From Lama guanicoe (taxonomy: Eukaryota), in the NCBI GenBank assembly GCA_013239625.1, contig MU054323.1, forward strand, positions 9,165,220 to 9,229,219: DNA of 64,000 nt, given 5' to 3'. This document shows, piece by piece, positions 24,901 to 39,500 of the stretch (the stretch's first letter is position 1; each line of letters begins with the position of its first letter). Position numbers and translations under genes: made by a program. The notes under the pieces were generated by a model. It was not told where the DNA came from. It saw only the letters and a list, made by a program, of their open reading frames with translations, and ran no database searches.

Positions 24901-27900
24901 AGCACATCACAGTGACTCAGCCTTACTGGCACATGGCTGTGCTTGGGGCATCTGCTGTGACATCTCATCCACCCACAACTACCTGTTGCGTTTTTTGGTC
25001 CATGTTCTGAATTTCAATACTTAGTTAAAAATAGATACTCAGTGTACTTGATTACCAAATAGAACAGTTTTAAAAAATAAGCTTTGCAGACTGATCTCAG
25101 TTTGGCTGCGTTGGTCTCTAGCTGGCAGGCTGAACCTTTCTTTTATTGGCCTTATGCCTGGAAGGAAGCTGCTGTCCTGGGAGGCAATAGTTTAATTTTG
25201 AAGATGGGCGACTTTTAACTTTGTAGTATCTAGTTGTTCAATTGGTTTTTCCATTTCACTTGCTTTTCCATGTTCTTCTGTGATCTTTTTCCTTTTTTCC
25301 TGTGCATATCTTTTTCCTTTATTCATCATATAATAAATGTATCTCCAAACAATGTATAGCATTATTTTGTATGTTTAAAAAGTGTATATAGGTTTATGCT
25401 ATATATATTCTTCTGCAACTTGCTTGTTTTGCTTAGTATTAAGTTCCTGAAATCTATTTATAATAACACTTAACAGTTCTAGTTCTTTCATTTGCTTTGC
25501 TGTAGCATATTCCATTGTCTGAATATGCCTGTGGTTTTTAATTCACTCTCATGCTGACTGACTGTTACGTTGTTTTAAATTTCTTTTGACAAAGAATGCC
25601 ATACTGAATATTCTTCTACCTTCACTCTATATGTAAGAATATTTTCTGGGGCAGTTTTTTGAATTGGTTGTGTTTACCTATTTTTGGTTGTAAAATCAAT
25701 TGAATGAGTCACCTCAAGATTTAAAAAATGAATGAGAAGAGAATGGAACTATCAGAATGTGTCACACAGAGGAAGACTAAGCACTGCTTTGTGAATTTTC
25801 CTTTCAATTGAATAAGTAAGTGTGTGTGCACCGGGTCACAATGTAAAATAGGTGTGTGATGATCAAAAAGTTTGAAAGCTACTCCTTTAGAGTATATTCC
25901 TAGAATGGAATTGCTAGCTCTTAGGGTGTATGGTGTTCCATTTTATTAGATATTGCCAGGTTGTATCAGTATCTTTCCACCAGAAATGGATGGGAGTTCT
26001 CATTATTCTGTAGCCTCAACAATACTCTGTGTTGTCAGACAAATTTTTGCGAAGCTGATGGGTGTGAAATGATATCTCATTATGGTTTTAATTTGTATTT
26101 GCCTGATTACTAGCGTAGTGAAGAATTTTTTCATATCCCTATTGTGAATTCAGATTTCTTCTTTTGGGAATGACCTTTGCCCATGTTTGAAGCGGATTGT
26201 TTGTATGTTTTAAATCGATGTTAAAATATTCTTTACATATTTTTGATACTAGTCTTTTGGCAGTTACTTATATTACAAATACCTGCATTTAGTCTGTTGC
26301 TTATATTTTTAATTTGATGCTACTGATGTCCAGAAGTTTTAATTTAATTAAGTCAAATTCATCAATATTTTCCTTTTTAGATTTGTACCTCTGTGTGTGT
26401 GTGTGTGTATTTTTAAGAGAGAAGAGGAAGCATTTCAAGAAATTCTGTCCTATCCAAAAGTCATACATCTTTCTCTAAGAATTTTTAAGTTTCCTTTTTC
26501 AGTCTTTAAATAGAAATTTACTTTTTTCTATAAAATATGTTGTGAGATAGGAATTTAGCTTTTTTTCCCAATGGATACTTGGTTGTCTCAGCATCATTTA
26601 TTCGAAAGGTCATCCTTGGGCCTGTGGCTCTGCAATGCTACCTCTTTTATTATGACAAGTTTCCATCACACATGAATCTGTTTCTAGGCTTTTTGTCCTC
26701 ATCCGTTCGGCCTCATTGTCCTTGTGCCAGTGCCCACTGTATTAACCATTACAACTTTATAGTGTGTCCTGGTAGCTGAAGGAAAAATTCTCCTCATCCA
26801 TCTTGTTCTAATTCTTAAAACTTGTCTTGCTTAACCATATATCCTTAATATTTTTTGATAACCTCATTTAAAAAGTTGCATACTGTTCTATTAGGATATA
26901 CCATAATTCAGTCAACAAAACCCTCTCATTTTAACTCATTGAGAAACAGAAATGAAGGGAAACTGACCTGTTAAGGGCTAATTGAGAATTGATGGTCAGG
27001 AAAGCTCTCTCTGAGTCATGAAAGATGAGAATAATTCAATGTGAAGAGCTGGGGAATTTGATGTAAAGAGACTATCATGTGCAGAGGCAGGAGAAAATTC
27101 ACATGCTTGAGGATCTGCAAGGCCACTTTGGTTGGAATATAGTCAGAGAGTATGAGAGGAAAATAAGATAAGATTCTAAAGCTAGTCAGGAGCCAGATTA
27201 TACAGAGCCTGGTGGGCCATATTTGGAAACCTGGGTTTCATTCTGGATGGAATGAGAAGTTATTGAAGGATTTTAAGCAGAGTAACATGATCTTATTTGT
27301 ATTTTAAAAAATCACCAGTTGATATTTGGAAAATGACTTGTGCAGAAAAAGGTAGACTAGTTAGCTGTCTGTTCCAGTAGACCAGGTGAGAGATGATGGA
27401 GTCATCTGGTGGTGGTAATGGAGATGGAAAGAAGTGAATAGATTATGAGCTTATTTAGAAGGTAAAATCATGAGTGTGTTTACTTTGGGGTTTGAGAGAG
27501 AATCAAGAATGACTTTCTCTTTCTTAGCTTGAGTGAGTGGGTAGATAGGCTGTCAAGCCATCTGCTGAGACAGGGAAGACTGGTGGAAGACCTGCTTTAA
27601 TCTGGATTGATTGTTGTCTAGATCTGCCGGGCAGCTACCATTGTATCATTGTATCTTTCCCTTTGCCTCTTTCCTGTGTGGAATCTCGTATCTTACTTCT
27701 TGTTTTATCCTCTAGCTTTGTTGGAGCTTGCACTCCAATAACAATTGTAAGAATGGGAGAAGAGGAGGACCATTTTTGAGTTCCTGAAAGTCTGAAAATG
27801 CTGTTATTCTGCTTTTAAACTTAATTGATAATTTGGGCTGGTACAGAAGTATAGGTTGCACATATCTTCCTTTTGAATTTTGGAGGCCTTGATCTGTAAT

Positions 27901-28197
27901 CTTGGGGACCCTCAACACATACTGTTGTGGTTTCATGGATGCAGTATCTTCTCTTCTCTCTAGGGATGTTAACTATAGTTTTTTTTTTTTTAAGTTGAGG
28001 TAAAATTGGCTAAATGTTTAAAAACCATTTCTTCTATACCTTGTGCTATCTCTGTTTTGCTCTCAATCTTTCATGTTGGTGGCTTTTCTCAACTTGACGA
28101 TTCTTGGCTCTCCATGTCTATTAAAGAGTGAGGCTCTAAAATGTGAATTTGAAACTTTTTGCATTGGTGGGCTTGTCAACTACTGAGCCTCACATAG

Positions 28198-28925
28198 TGT
28201 GATTGTGATTTAAATTTATCTCATATATATTTGATCTTCATCTGCCATTCCAGACTCACAGCTCGAAAAATGCTTGGAATTTCCTGAGTGATAAGAGCAT
28301 TGAGGTAATGTTTGTTTTTTTGTCCTCAGTTCCTGAAAATGCTTCAGGGAAGGTAAATTCTGGATTCCACCCAAGGATGGGAGCTGATTGCCAGGAGAAC
28401 AAACCATATGTTTAGAGGGTTAGAACTTTCAGTCCCATCCCTTGACCTCCAGGAAGGGAAGAGGTGCTGAAGGTTGAATCAATCACTAAAATGGGCCAGT
28501 GATTTAATCAACCATGCCTATCTAATGAAGCTTCCATTAAAACCCAAAATGTCTGGCTGTTGATTCATATCCTTTAATGTCCTTTTATAATGAATCATTG
28601 GTCTAGTGAGTAAATGTGTTTTCCTGAGTTCTATGAGCCATCCTTGCAAATTAATCGAACCTGAAGAGAGGGTTGGGGGAACCTCTGATTTATAGCCAGT
28701 GGTTAGGAGTATAGGTAACAACCTGGGCTAGGGACTGGCGTCTGACATGGAGGGTGGTCTTGTGGGACTGATCTCTTTACCCTTGGAATCTGATTCTGTC
28801 TCTGGGTAGATAGTGTCAGAACTGAGCTGAATTGTCAGAGACCCTACTGGTGTCTGAGAATTGCATGTTGGTGTGGGGAAGCCTCCACACACACATATTG
28901 GAATTGGGTCCAGGAACCCTTTTGC
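28198..28925 (+). mobile_element. MER21-like ERV LTR
   Basis: TTAGAGGGTTAGAACTTTCAGTCCC, GATTTAATCAACCATGCCTA, TTCCTGAGTTCTATGAGCCA and GGTAGATAGTGTCAGAA motifs. Confidence 0.75.
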
Positions 28926-29320
28926 AGGCAGGGAAAAAAACCTGGCCTTTTTATTAGGTGATTGTCAGATTCATTAGTTGGATATCTTCTTTCTGGGACT
29001 GTAAAAAGTAAAAGTGCCTGTTTGGATGCAATTATTCCTGTGTGTCAGCAAAATTCCAATTATTGGGCCAAAGAGTATGTAGATTTTAAGACTTTTGATG
29101 TATTTAATATGTTGATTTATGCTATTTATATGTAAGGATATATAAATATATACATACTTCTTCCAGAAATGTATTATCAATTTATACTCCCACTAGTAGT
29201 ATGTGAGGATGCTAGTTTCTCTAGTTTTGATAATATCAATATTATACATTTTGTAAGATTACTTGCTAATTCATTAGATGGAGGCGATATTTAATTGCTT
29301 TTTTATTTTGCTGTATTTAT

Positions 29321-29324
<4 letters not shown>

Positions 29325-29355
<31 letters not shown>
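29325..29355. repeat. (GT)15 microsatellite
   Basis: Directly visible. Confidence 0.95.
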
Positions 29356-29358
<3 letters not shown>

Positions 29359-31189
29359 ATTACCAATTCATGACATTTGTCTATTTTTCTGGTGGGTTAT
29401 TTGTCTTTTTCTTATTGATTTGTAAACTTTTTATATGTTCTGAAGATTAACCTTTTGTCATAGATATTACAGATTTTTCCCCCACATTTTTAATACCATT
29501 CAGTTAAATTAATTAATTTATTCAATATACAGAATATCTTCAATATTACTCATTTTTGAGGCAGTAATAAATGTACAGTGTATAAAAAAAGAAAAGATAC
29601 AAAAAGGGTATAAACAGAAAAATGTCTTCTTCCTATTCCTTTCCCCTAATTTTCTTCTCTGGAGGAAACAGAGGCAGAGAGTTGAGGAAGCCTGCCTTCC
29701 AGGGCCGGCTAAGATGGTGCGCAGGCTAGATTAGGGAGCTCTGTTGGCAGGTGGCGAGCTAGTGTGGGCAGTGGACGAGTGGGGTTGTGCATATTATGGG
29801 GCAGAATTTTGGCTAGGGTTCAGGGTTCTTACCTAGGTACCAAATCATCTAGAAACCCACTAAACAGTGCATGGTATTGATATCTTGAGTGCTGTTACCA
29901 TGTTCAGGTCATCTTCCAGGAATTACTCCTTGAGCTTTTTTAACCATTAGAAACACAAGTTCTTCACACTCCTCATGCCCCAGCCCATACTCTTTTCTTC
30001 TCTTAGATCTTTGTCTTGGGTAGCTGTCTGTCCAGCCTTTTTTTGATTATAATAGCATAACACAGTAATGTAAATAATGTTAATTAAACACTTAATATGT
30101 CTTTTAATGTTTCAAAAGACTGTTACTTGTTTTATATTTTGTACTTAGGATTTTGAGGGAAAAAGTTGAAGTGGTGATATTGGCTTTGACCCAGTGTACT
30201 CTGAAATCACTGGCCTTGGGAACTTTTGCTAGGATTTCAGTCTTCCCACAGCGTCTGGGATGGCACGTGCTAGGATAGATCTGAAATTGGAGTTTTAGAT
30301 GATTGTCAGTCTTGGGCTTTTCCTGCCCTGCAATGACTTCATTTCAGGGTGGCTTCATTTGGTCTGGAAGTTGGGGTAGGAGAAGTGAAGGGAAGTAGCC
30401 AGTCTAGTGTGTAAAGGAAAGAGGGTAGAAGATTGATTTAGTTTATTCCTAGCTCCACTTTGCATTGTTTAAGAGAACCAAAAAGATCACTCCTACTATT
30501 ATCTTTTGTCCTCTCTATTCTGTGCAATTTAAGGGTAGTATTATTTGACTAGCTTTTGTTTAATTAGAATGACAATTTTGCAAAATTCTTTAAGATTGAA
30601 GTGAGGGTTTTGTAATACAGTTAATAGGGACATAAATTTGTTTTAGGTCCAAATTCACTATTCCTATGCCATCACTTACATGTTAAAGGACTCCTTATGC
30701 CCATGTAGAGCAGCCACCTTGTTAGTTTCCATGTTGCTTGAGTAATCTTGCTCTTTGGTGCCATGGTCTTGAAAAATAATTTCGTAATTTCCCTTTTCAG
30801 GGCCACATTTCCTAAGTAATTTGATTATCTTTCTCATGGCATGTTATGAAAGTTGTTTTTCCCATTGACCTTGCTTCTCTTGACTTTTTGAAGAATGTAT
30901 CCTTTTTGTTTTCTGAAAAAGTTTTTATCTCAACCTTTGTTCTTGTCAACTTATTGATAAGAGATCTTGAATCTTATCAATGGGGAAATAATGGGGAAAA
31001 TGGGAGTTTTGGGAAACATTTTCATGTTCCACTGTTAAGTAGGTATAATGCCCTCAGAATAATTGTTGTTTTTTTATTTTTTATTTTTTATCTATAGACT
31101 CCTAGGACTTTTTCAGTTAAAAAACAATGAAAATTTTTGTGATTCAATAAAGTATTAACATGTAGGTTCAATTTGGGGCTTAGCACATA

Positions 31190-32479
31190 CATTTTTTTTA
31201 AATGTGGTAAAATACACACAACATAAATTTACCATTTTCACTGTTTTTAAGTGCACAATTGGGTGGCATTAAGTGTAACCCCAGTGTTTTGTAGCCATCA
31301 GCACCATCCATCTCCAGAACATGGTTAAACTTGCAAAACTGACACTCTGTGCCCATTAAACAATACCTTTCCATTGCTCCCTTCCCCTAGCCCTTGGCAA
31401 TCACCATTTTTTTGTCTATGAATTTGACAAATTTAGGTACCTCATATAGGTGGAATTATGTAGAATTTGTCCTTCTGTAACTGCCTGTTTTTTACAGAGC
31501 ATAATGTCTTCAAGGTTTGTCCATGTTGTAGCATGTGTCAAATGTTTTTTCCTTTTTAAGGCTGAGTAATATTCAATTGCATGTATATGCCACATTTTGT
31601 TTATTCATTCATCCATCAATGGACGCTTAGGTTGCTTCCACCTTTTGGCCATTGTGAATAATGCTGCTATAAACACGGGTATGCAAACATCTGTTTGAGT
31701 CCCTGTTTTCAATTCTTTTAGGAATATACCCTAAAGTGGAATTACTGGATGATACGGTAATTTTGTGTTTAACTTTTTGAGGTATCGCCATACTGTTTTC
31801 CATGGTGGCTGTCCCATTTTACATTGTCACCAGCCATGCACAAGGGATCTAATTTTTCCACATCCTCATCAACACTTGTTGGTTTCTATTTTTTTTTTTA
31901 AATAGTCATCCTAATGAGTACGAAGTGGTATCTCATTGTGGTTTTGATTTGCATTTCTCTAAAGATGTGGAGCATCTTTTCATGTGCTTTTTGGCTTTTT
32001 GTGTAACTTATTTGGAGAAATGTCTCTTCAAGTCCTTTGCCTATTTAAAATTTGTTGTTGATGTTGTTGAGTTATAGAGGTTCTTTGTATATTCTGGGTA
32101 TCAAATCCCTTATCAGATACATGGTTTACAAATATCTTCTCCCATTCCATGGGTTTTTTTACTCTGTTGGCAGTATCTTTTGATGTACAAAATTTTTACT
32201 TTTGATGAAGTCCAGCTCATCTATTTTTTCTTTTGTTCCCTGTCCTTTTGGTGTCATTTCTAAGAATATTATTGCCAAATCCAATAAAGCTTTCCCTTAT
32301 ATTTTCTTCTAAGAACTTTATCCTTTTAGCCCTTGTGGTTAGGTCTTTGATCCATTCTGAATTTGTAATTAAAATTTTTTGTGTATAGTGTAAGATAAAG
32401 GTCCAATTTCTTTCTTTTCTTTTCTTTCTTTCTTCCTTCCTTCCTTCCTTCCTTCCTTCCTCCCTCCCTCCCTCCCTCC

Positions 32480-32534
<55 letters not shown>

Positions 32535-33490
32535 TTCTTTCTTCCTTTCTTTCTTTTCTTTCTTTTCTTTCTTCTTTTTGCATATGGGTATTCAGTTTTC
32601 TTAATACTATTTGTTGAAAAGATAGTCTTTTCCCCATTAAATGGTTTTGATACCCTTGTTGAAAATCGTTTGACCGGATATATGAGGGCTTATTTCTGGG
32701 CTCTCTATTCCATTCACTTGGTCTGTATGTCTGTCTTTATGCCAGTACCACCACACTCTTGAATACCGTAGCTTTGTTTAAGTTTTGAAATCAGAAAGTG
32801 TTACACCTCCAACTTTGTTCTTCTTTTTCAAGATTGTACTGGGTACTAGGGATTCTTTGAGCTTCTATTTGAATTTTAGGATGGCTTTTTCTATTTCTGC
32901 AAAAAAAATGTCATTGAGATTCTGATAGAGATTGCATTGACTCTGTAGATTACTTTGGATAGTATCGACATTTTAACAATTTTAAGTTTTCAGTGACCAC
33001 AGAATATCTTTTCATTTAATTATGTCTTCTTTAATCTCTTTCAGCAATGTTTTGTAGTTTTGGGTGTCCAAGTCTTTTGCCTCCTTGTTTAAGTTTATTC
33101 CTAAGTATTTTATTCTTTTTGATGCTATTGTAAATGGGATTGTTTTTATAATTTCCTTTCCGGAATGTTTATTGTTAGTATATGGAAATGCAACTGAATT
33201 TTGTGGGTTAATTTTGTATTCTGCAACTTTGATTAATTTGTTTATTAGTCTTAACAGTTTTTTTTTCTGGTGAAATTGAAATCTTTAGGGTTTTCCACAT
33301 GTAAGATCATGTCATCTGCAAAGAGAGAATTTTACTTCTGCTTTTTCCATGTGGATGCCTTTTATCTCTCTTTCTTGCCTAACTGCTCTAGTTGGGACTT
33401 CCAGTACTATTTTGAGTGGAAGTGGTGAAAGCAGGCATCCTTGTATTGTTCCTCACCTTAGAGAAAAGGCTATCAGCCTTTCACCATTGG
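31190..33490 (-). mobile_element. L1 (L1MB-like) 3' 2.3 kb, antisense to BABAM2
   Basis: Continuous L1 ORF2/3'UTR antisense motifs (GTGGTATCTCATTGTGGTTTTGATTTGCATTTC, AAGATCATGTCATCTGCAAA); ORF disrupted. Confidence 0.9.
32407..32579. repeat. Compound (TTTC)n/(TTCC)n/(TCCC)n microsatellite
   Basis: 173-nt pyrimidine run with a single purine (A at 32482). Confidence 0.95.
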
Positions 33491-33619
33491 TTTTTATTTT
33501 CCCTTCAATTTATTTTTCAGTAAATCTAATACGTTTATTTTAAGTTAAAAATAAGACATAGATCATGTGACTCATTCAGGATTGTTGAATGGCTTCCCTT
33601 TGCTCTTACAATAAAACCC

Positions 33620-33717
33620 ATGCGTGTGCTTTGCATGCATGAGGTCCTGTTTCAATCCCCAGTACCTCCATTAAATCAATCAACCAATCAGTCAGTCCAC
33701 CCCCCCATCCAAAAAAG
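33620..33717 (+). mobile_element. 5'-truncated tRNA-Ala-derived SINE, third copy
   Basis: GCATGCATGAGGTCCTG-TTCAATCCCCAGTACCTCCATTAAA; lacks the A box; flanked by AATAAAA(T)CCC repeats. Confidence 0.8.
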
Positions 33718-35881
33718 AATAAAATCCCCAAATGTATACTGACTTACTGTGTGATTGGGCGCCTCTCCCCATTCAGCCTCATCTTGTGTTGTTTTCCCCG
33801 TGGACTGACTTTCTCTCTGATCCCAGAAGGCCCCAAGGCCTTTTCCATCTTGGGGTTGTTGCTCACTGTCTTCCTTTCCTGGATCATTCTTTCCTCTCCT
33901 GTTTTGAATTGTCTGATTTTTACAATGCTTCAGATTTGGCTTGAATGTAGCTTTTTCAGCAATTCAGAGGGCTCTCCTAGTCCCCATCAAAATTAGTTCT
34001 CCTGGTTGTGTTCTCTTGTATCATCTTCTTTTAGCACTCACTCCCATTTGAAATTATGTTCACAGCTGATTATTTATTTAATGCTGTGTCTTACACCAGA
34101 TTTTTAGCTCTGTGAGGGCAGACACTGTGCCTATTTTGTTTAGCATCTTTGTATGTGGCACAGAGTAGGCACTCAGTAAATACTTGCTGAAGCTCTAAGA
34201 AACCATGCTCTGAATGGAGTGATCACATGGCCCAGCACTGGGAAGGGCATGTCACTTAGAAGTATTGTCTATACTGCCAAAGTGCCAAGCTGGAGGGGTA
34301 TGATCAGGACTAAATGGCAATCTGCAGAATAACAGGTATTGCATGATTGTGTTTATGTGCAGAAGTCTTCTATATGTACAAACCTATGTATATCTAAATG
34401 TACAGGGAAAGATTTGGAAGAATATTTAGCAAACTCAATTCAGTGATTGACTTGGAAGAGGGAAGGAGTATGAACATTGAAGGGATACTTGGTACTTTCA
34501 TTTCCATATTATTAGAATTTATTTTTACAGTGAGAGATTTTTATTTGTATAATTTATTATACAAAAAAGGTGAATTTGGCTTAAAAGCAGTTTCTGCTGT
34601 AGGAGTCCAGTGGGATGTGACAGCAGCAGGGGACATTTGTATTAGTATTAGCAGAAAAGACAAACGCTGGGATAGAAGTCATAAGAAATGGACTTGAGGA
34701 AGAATGAAATTCAAAGGAAAGCATCTTTGTCACTTCTTTGTGCTCTTCCCGGTATAGGTTTATCATCAGGACTTCGTGTGAGTATATCATTTATATTGTA
34801 GGAATGACAGAACTTTCAGTAGCATTCCTGGAAAGAATATAAAGTTGATTTTACTGTGAATCAGATAGTGGATACTGACCATGGCTAACAGTGAATTCTG
34901 AGCTCTAAACAGACAGTATCTTTCTATCCTCCTGCCTATCTATTTATCTGTCTGCCTATTTCTCCTACAAACAAATAAGCAGTAAATGAATTTAGCATTT
35001 TTGAATAGTATAAAGCTCTTTTTTTTTCATTGGCTGTCTTGGCCATCAGTAAATCTGTGAGGAATGTTTTTCTAATCATCCCTTAAAAAATTATTTTTTA
35101 GATGTTATATGAGGACGTCTTGGAGAGGTTAAGCAGCTCATCCAAGGTTACTTAGCTGGTAAGTGGTGGAGGACAGGAGTGGAGCCCAGGTCATCTCTAT
35201 CAGCTGCTATTCATTTATTGATTTTTCAGGAAAGCATTGGCCAGAAAAAGAAAGGAATCACTTGTCAATATAGTATACTGTGGAACAGGTGTTTCGACCA
35301 TCTACACTTGTGAAATATCTTTAGATAAGAATGCTAAGAATACCCATCTACTGTATAGAATTCAGATAGAAATCTGCTAGTCAATTGAGACTAAAACTTA
35401 AACATTAGGAAGAGGTCAGAGTTAGAAGTCATTCAGAAAAGGTAACTGTTTAAAATAGCAATATTTTCCAGGCAATAAGTTACTACAAGTAGGCTAGCTC
35501 TCAGAGTAGCGGATAATTTGACAAGAGTTTGTAGGTGTCCACAAATTAAAGAATATGGGGAGGGAATACAATTTCCTAGTTGGAATTGTGGCAGAAATCA
35601 AACATATGCAGTTATTTTAGTAAGTCTGTCACTGATTCATTCCTTGACCTAAATTCTCAGACTCTTTTCATGTCTTTTTGCTTTTTTCCATTATTCAAGT
35701 TACTGAACAGTTAGAAGTTTAATTGATATTGCAAATCTTAATTAAAAGTATATAATTATTGGCATTGCAGAATAATTTCTTATAGCCCTGTGTATTTTTT
35801 TCCTAAGAATAGTATTGATCATATTTTTGTGTAATAAAAATATCTTTAGGAGCTATGTGTTATTGTCAGGTTTTTATAAAT

Positions 35882-36510
35882 GTAGGCATTCCCCCTTATC
35901 CATGGGGGATATGTTCCAAGACCCCAGTGATGCCTGAAACCACACATAGTACCGAACTCTATGTATACTATGCTTTTTTCTCTACATACATACTTATGAT
36001 AAAATTTAATTTATAAATTAGGCACAGTAAGAGATGAACAACAACAATAATAAAATAGAGCAATTATAACAGTAAGCTGTAGTTAAAGTTATCTGACTGT
36101 GGTCTCTCTCTCTCAAAATATCTTGTACTGTGAAGACCTTTGTTCTTCTTAAGATGATGCAAAGTGATAAAATGCTTATATGAGTAGATGAAATGAGGTG
36201 AATGACGTAGGACTTGTGACTTAGCGTTAGGCTACCAATGACCTGACTGTCTGTTGGAAGGAGGACCATCTGCTTCAGGTGATCCTGGGTCATTGAGCTG
36301 TGACGATGTCAGTGGTTGGATGTCAGGAGCAGACTATGTCAGTGGTTCGGGATTCCTGATGGAATGACCCGAGATTTCATACTGCTACTCAGAAAGGGCA
36401 GTATTTATTTTATTTTATTTCTGGAGTTTTCCATTTAATCTTTTTGGACTTCATTTGACTATTGGTAACTGAAATCTTGGAAAACAAATTGCATTTAAGG
36501 GGGCCTAGTA
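35882..36510. mobile_element. MER44/Tigger7-family DNA transposon
   Basis: CCCCCTTATCCATGGGGGATATGTTCCAAGACCCCAG start, ATAAATTAGGCACAGTAAGAGAT internal, TAAGGGGG end. Confidence 0.8.
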
Positions 36511-39500
36511 TATATTTATTATATCCATCTTTGTACATGTATATGTGAGAAATAAAAGAATCTGCAAGTCAGAAAAGTGATCTGGGGACCAAAATAGTTC
36601 AAATGGAGAATTGAGAGTCCAGGTAGAATTGGCAGAATTTCGAGATATCAAGTCTTTAATCATGATTTCAGGATGCAGCTGGCCACTGCTTTAGGTGTGC
36701 CTAGGGTTTAAAACTGAGCTATACTATCTTTAGACTTTCTAGAAGATTATGACTCACTGCCACAGATTATGGCAGCAATCATATTGTAAGATTGAGTGAC
36801 CCCTCCAAATTGGATCATCAAATTAGTATCTTCTTAAAAGGAATGAATCCAAGAATATGTTGGAGCTACAGCTGGATGCAAATGAAGTCGTGTTATAAAT
36901 TCTAAGCAGTCAGATAGATAATCTGATGATAAATTTTAAGCAGTGAGCTATATTGATATTACTGTCAACTTAGCAGGGATATCAAAAGAACACTTGGAAA
37001 GGGATAAATTAATAATGCTTGTTACTGTAGTGAGGAAACCAAGGTGAATAGGGAGTTTGGGAGACATCAAAGAAAAGCAGTTCATCTTCATAGCCAAAGA
37101 CCTTCAGTATCTAAAAGGTCTTTAGAGAAGTGTTTTCTCAAACTGTTTGGTGAAGGACTAGAATTTTTAAAAACTTTCAATCTGTCTCCAACTGATACTT
37201 TAATAAAATATAATAAAAAAGAATTACTAGAAAAATGAAACTAAAAAGATATGAAATACAAGGCCTGGCTTTTTTATATTAGATTTATCAGATTTGAAAC
37301 TACTTATAAATTGCTATGAAAGTTTCTAAATTCTTAGTCTCAATATCCGCGCTTGTCTCATCATGGATAAATAACAGTTTATAGTCTGGTACTGGTCCAG
37401 GGGCCCCATTTTGAGTTATCACTATTCAGAGGGTTTCTGCATTCTAATAGTCCAGGGGTTGGCCTTTTTAGAATTCTCTATCAGGGGTATGACAGTACAG
37501 TAGTACATTAGTGGTGAGTAATTCCTAGCTACACCTTGGATAATCTCAGGGTTTTTTTTGTTTTTTTGTTTTTTTAACCAAATACTGTAGAACAAATGTG
37601 GTAGAGGGTTATAGGAATGAACACTTCTCAAAATTACCAAAGTTTTCAGTTAGTTGGGTTAGCAAAAACTCAGAGAGCATCGTTACTTTGTTTATGTGTT
37701 CTGCATAGTTACAAAAGAAACATGACTTTTGATTAAGGAGAGAATATTTACAATATAGTCTTTTTTGGGGGGAATTTTTCCCCTTTATTTCTGCACTTTT
37801 AAGTGCTATTTGCTTTTAAAGCTATATATGGATTTATATTTTCTAAGTTGATAAATATCTTAACACTGTAACCATGACTTGGGTGGCATTTCAGTTTCTC
37901 TTTAGTTGTAGTTGATGAAGATTTTCATTGAGTAGGCTAGGCACATTAAGTCGATTTTTACTACATTGTTTTTGTTAAAATATTGACATTTGCCATTTCA
38001 AGTTTGTTTTATGTAGTTCATGGTAGAATCCATTTCTTTTTAAAAGCAATAAAGAAGTGGTGTTGGCTTTTGAAGTCAGATGATAGTATAATATTGTCTT
38101 AATCTAGTCTAGAGTTGTAGAATTTCAGGACTGGAAGGCGTTAAACTCTAACAACCGCTGGGTGATGTATTTGCCCTCCTAATGCTTCCCTGCTAAGTGC
38201 CTGTCCAGGCTGTGCCTCAGTGTCTGCAGTCACAGGGAGACTCCATGAGTCCCAAGGCCACTCACTGGGCAGCTGGGACTGTTAGAAAGTGCTTTTACAT
38301 CTTGACACACTGTGGAACAAACTTAATGAAGCCTCCATGTGACAACACTTCAACTAAACGAAGATGGCTGTCATGTTCTGTATTTTCTCTTTGGCAGGGT
38401 AACACTGAGCCTTTGCTTATACCATGTGATTTGTGTCCTTTCACCATTCTCGTTGGCTTTTTCTGAATGTGCTCCAGTTAGTCTCTCTGCTTCTTAGAGG
38501 GTAACGCCTAGAGCTAAATGATGTGTTTGAGGGATGGTTTTGAGCAATGTGGAGTACAGTACTGGTATCTTCATTTTTCTGGAAGCTTCATTCTCTGAGA
38601 TTGTATTGGACAGAGCTTTGTGTTGAAACCATTGGTAGGTTGTAACCCATTGGTGTGCTATGAAATCATTTTAGTGGGTCTTGATTCAGATTTAAAAAAT
38701 ATGAAATAGGATAGAATTGGGTAAAAGTATCAGCCGTATCATGTAATAAAACTAATAAGTATATTAAAATTTTGTTTCAATTTATATATAATAGACATAT
38801 ACACATATATGTCCATGTATGCTCAGTGCATATATGTGTACTGAGTGGTGGGATTAAGCGGTGACATGTAAATTTCCTACTGTGTGTCAGGAAGGTGTGA
38901 AAGCCTCTAGACTAGACTAGAGGCGTCCCCTCCTTACTTTTCTCTGAAGCGCCTTCTAGTCTCTCCTGGCTTTGTCTCCTACTCAGATACTCCAGTCCAT
39001 CCTCTTCTTTGTTCCCTCGTGGGTCTCCTGTTGTGCAACATGAAGGGCATTCTGGGCTCCATTAGATTTGATTTGGGACCTGGGAAAATCCTTTTTCTGC
39101 TCTGATTCAATCTCTTCATGATGCGACCCCCTCTGATAATTTTTGTCTGTGGAATAAAAAAGGCATAGTAGTGAGGTGAGTAGGTCAGTTGAGGTTTTTG
39201 TTTGTTTTAAATTCTGAAAATTATTATGCAAGTGGAATTAAAGCTTTGATGAAAATAGTGTTTGAGATGGACTTTCCTTCTCCATATTTTTGGTTTTGCA
39301 GTTTGTGCTTTTGACTTTTCATAACAGCAAGTACTTACACTGTGTCAGGCATTGTTCTAAGTCCTTTATATGTATCAGGTCAGTGGATCTTCATGACAAC
39401 ATCATGGAGAGTGACTATCATCCCCATTTTACAGATAAGGAAACCGAGGAAGAGACAGATTATTTAATTTGCACAGAGCTTTAAAGTTCATAGTGTATAA

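Noticed and set aside
32326..32637. 103-aa Lys/Glu/Arg-rich ORF
   Set aside because: Translation of the microsatellite inside an L1.
38914..38962. AGACTAGAGGCG / CGCCTTCTAGTCT inverted repeat
   Set aside because: Short, bulged, with a 24-nt spacer at a probable repeat boundary; plausible by chance in 64 kb.
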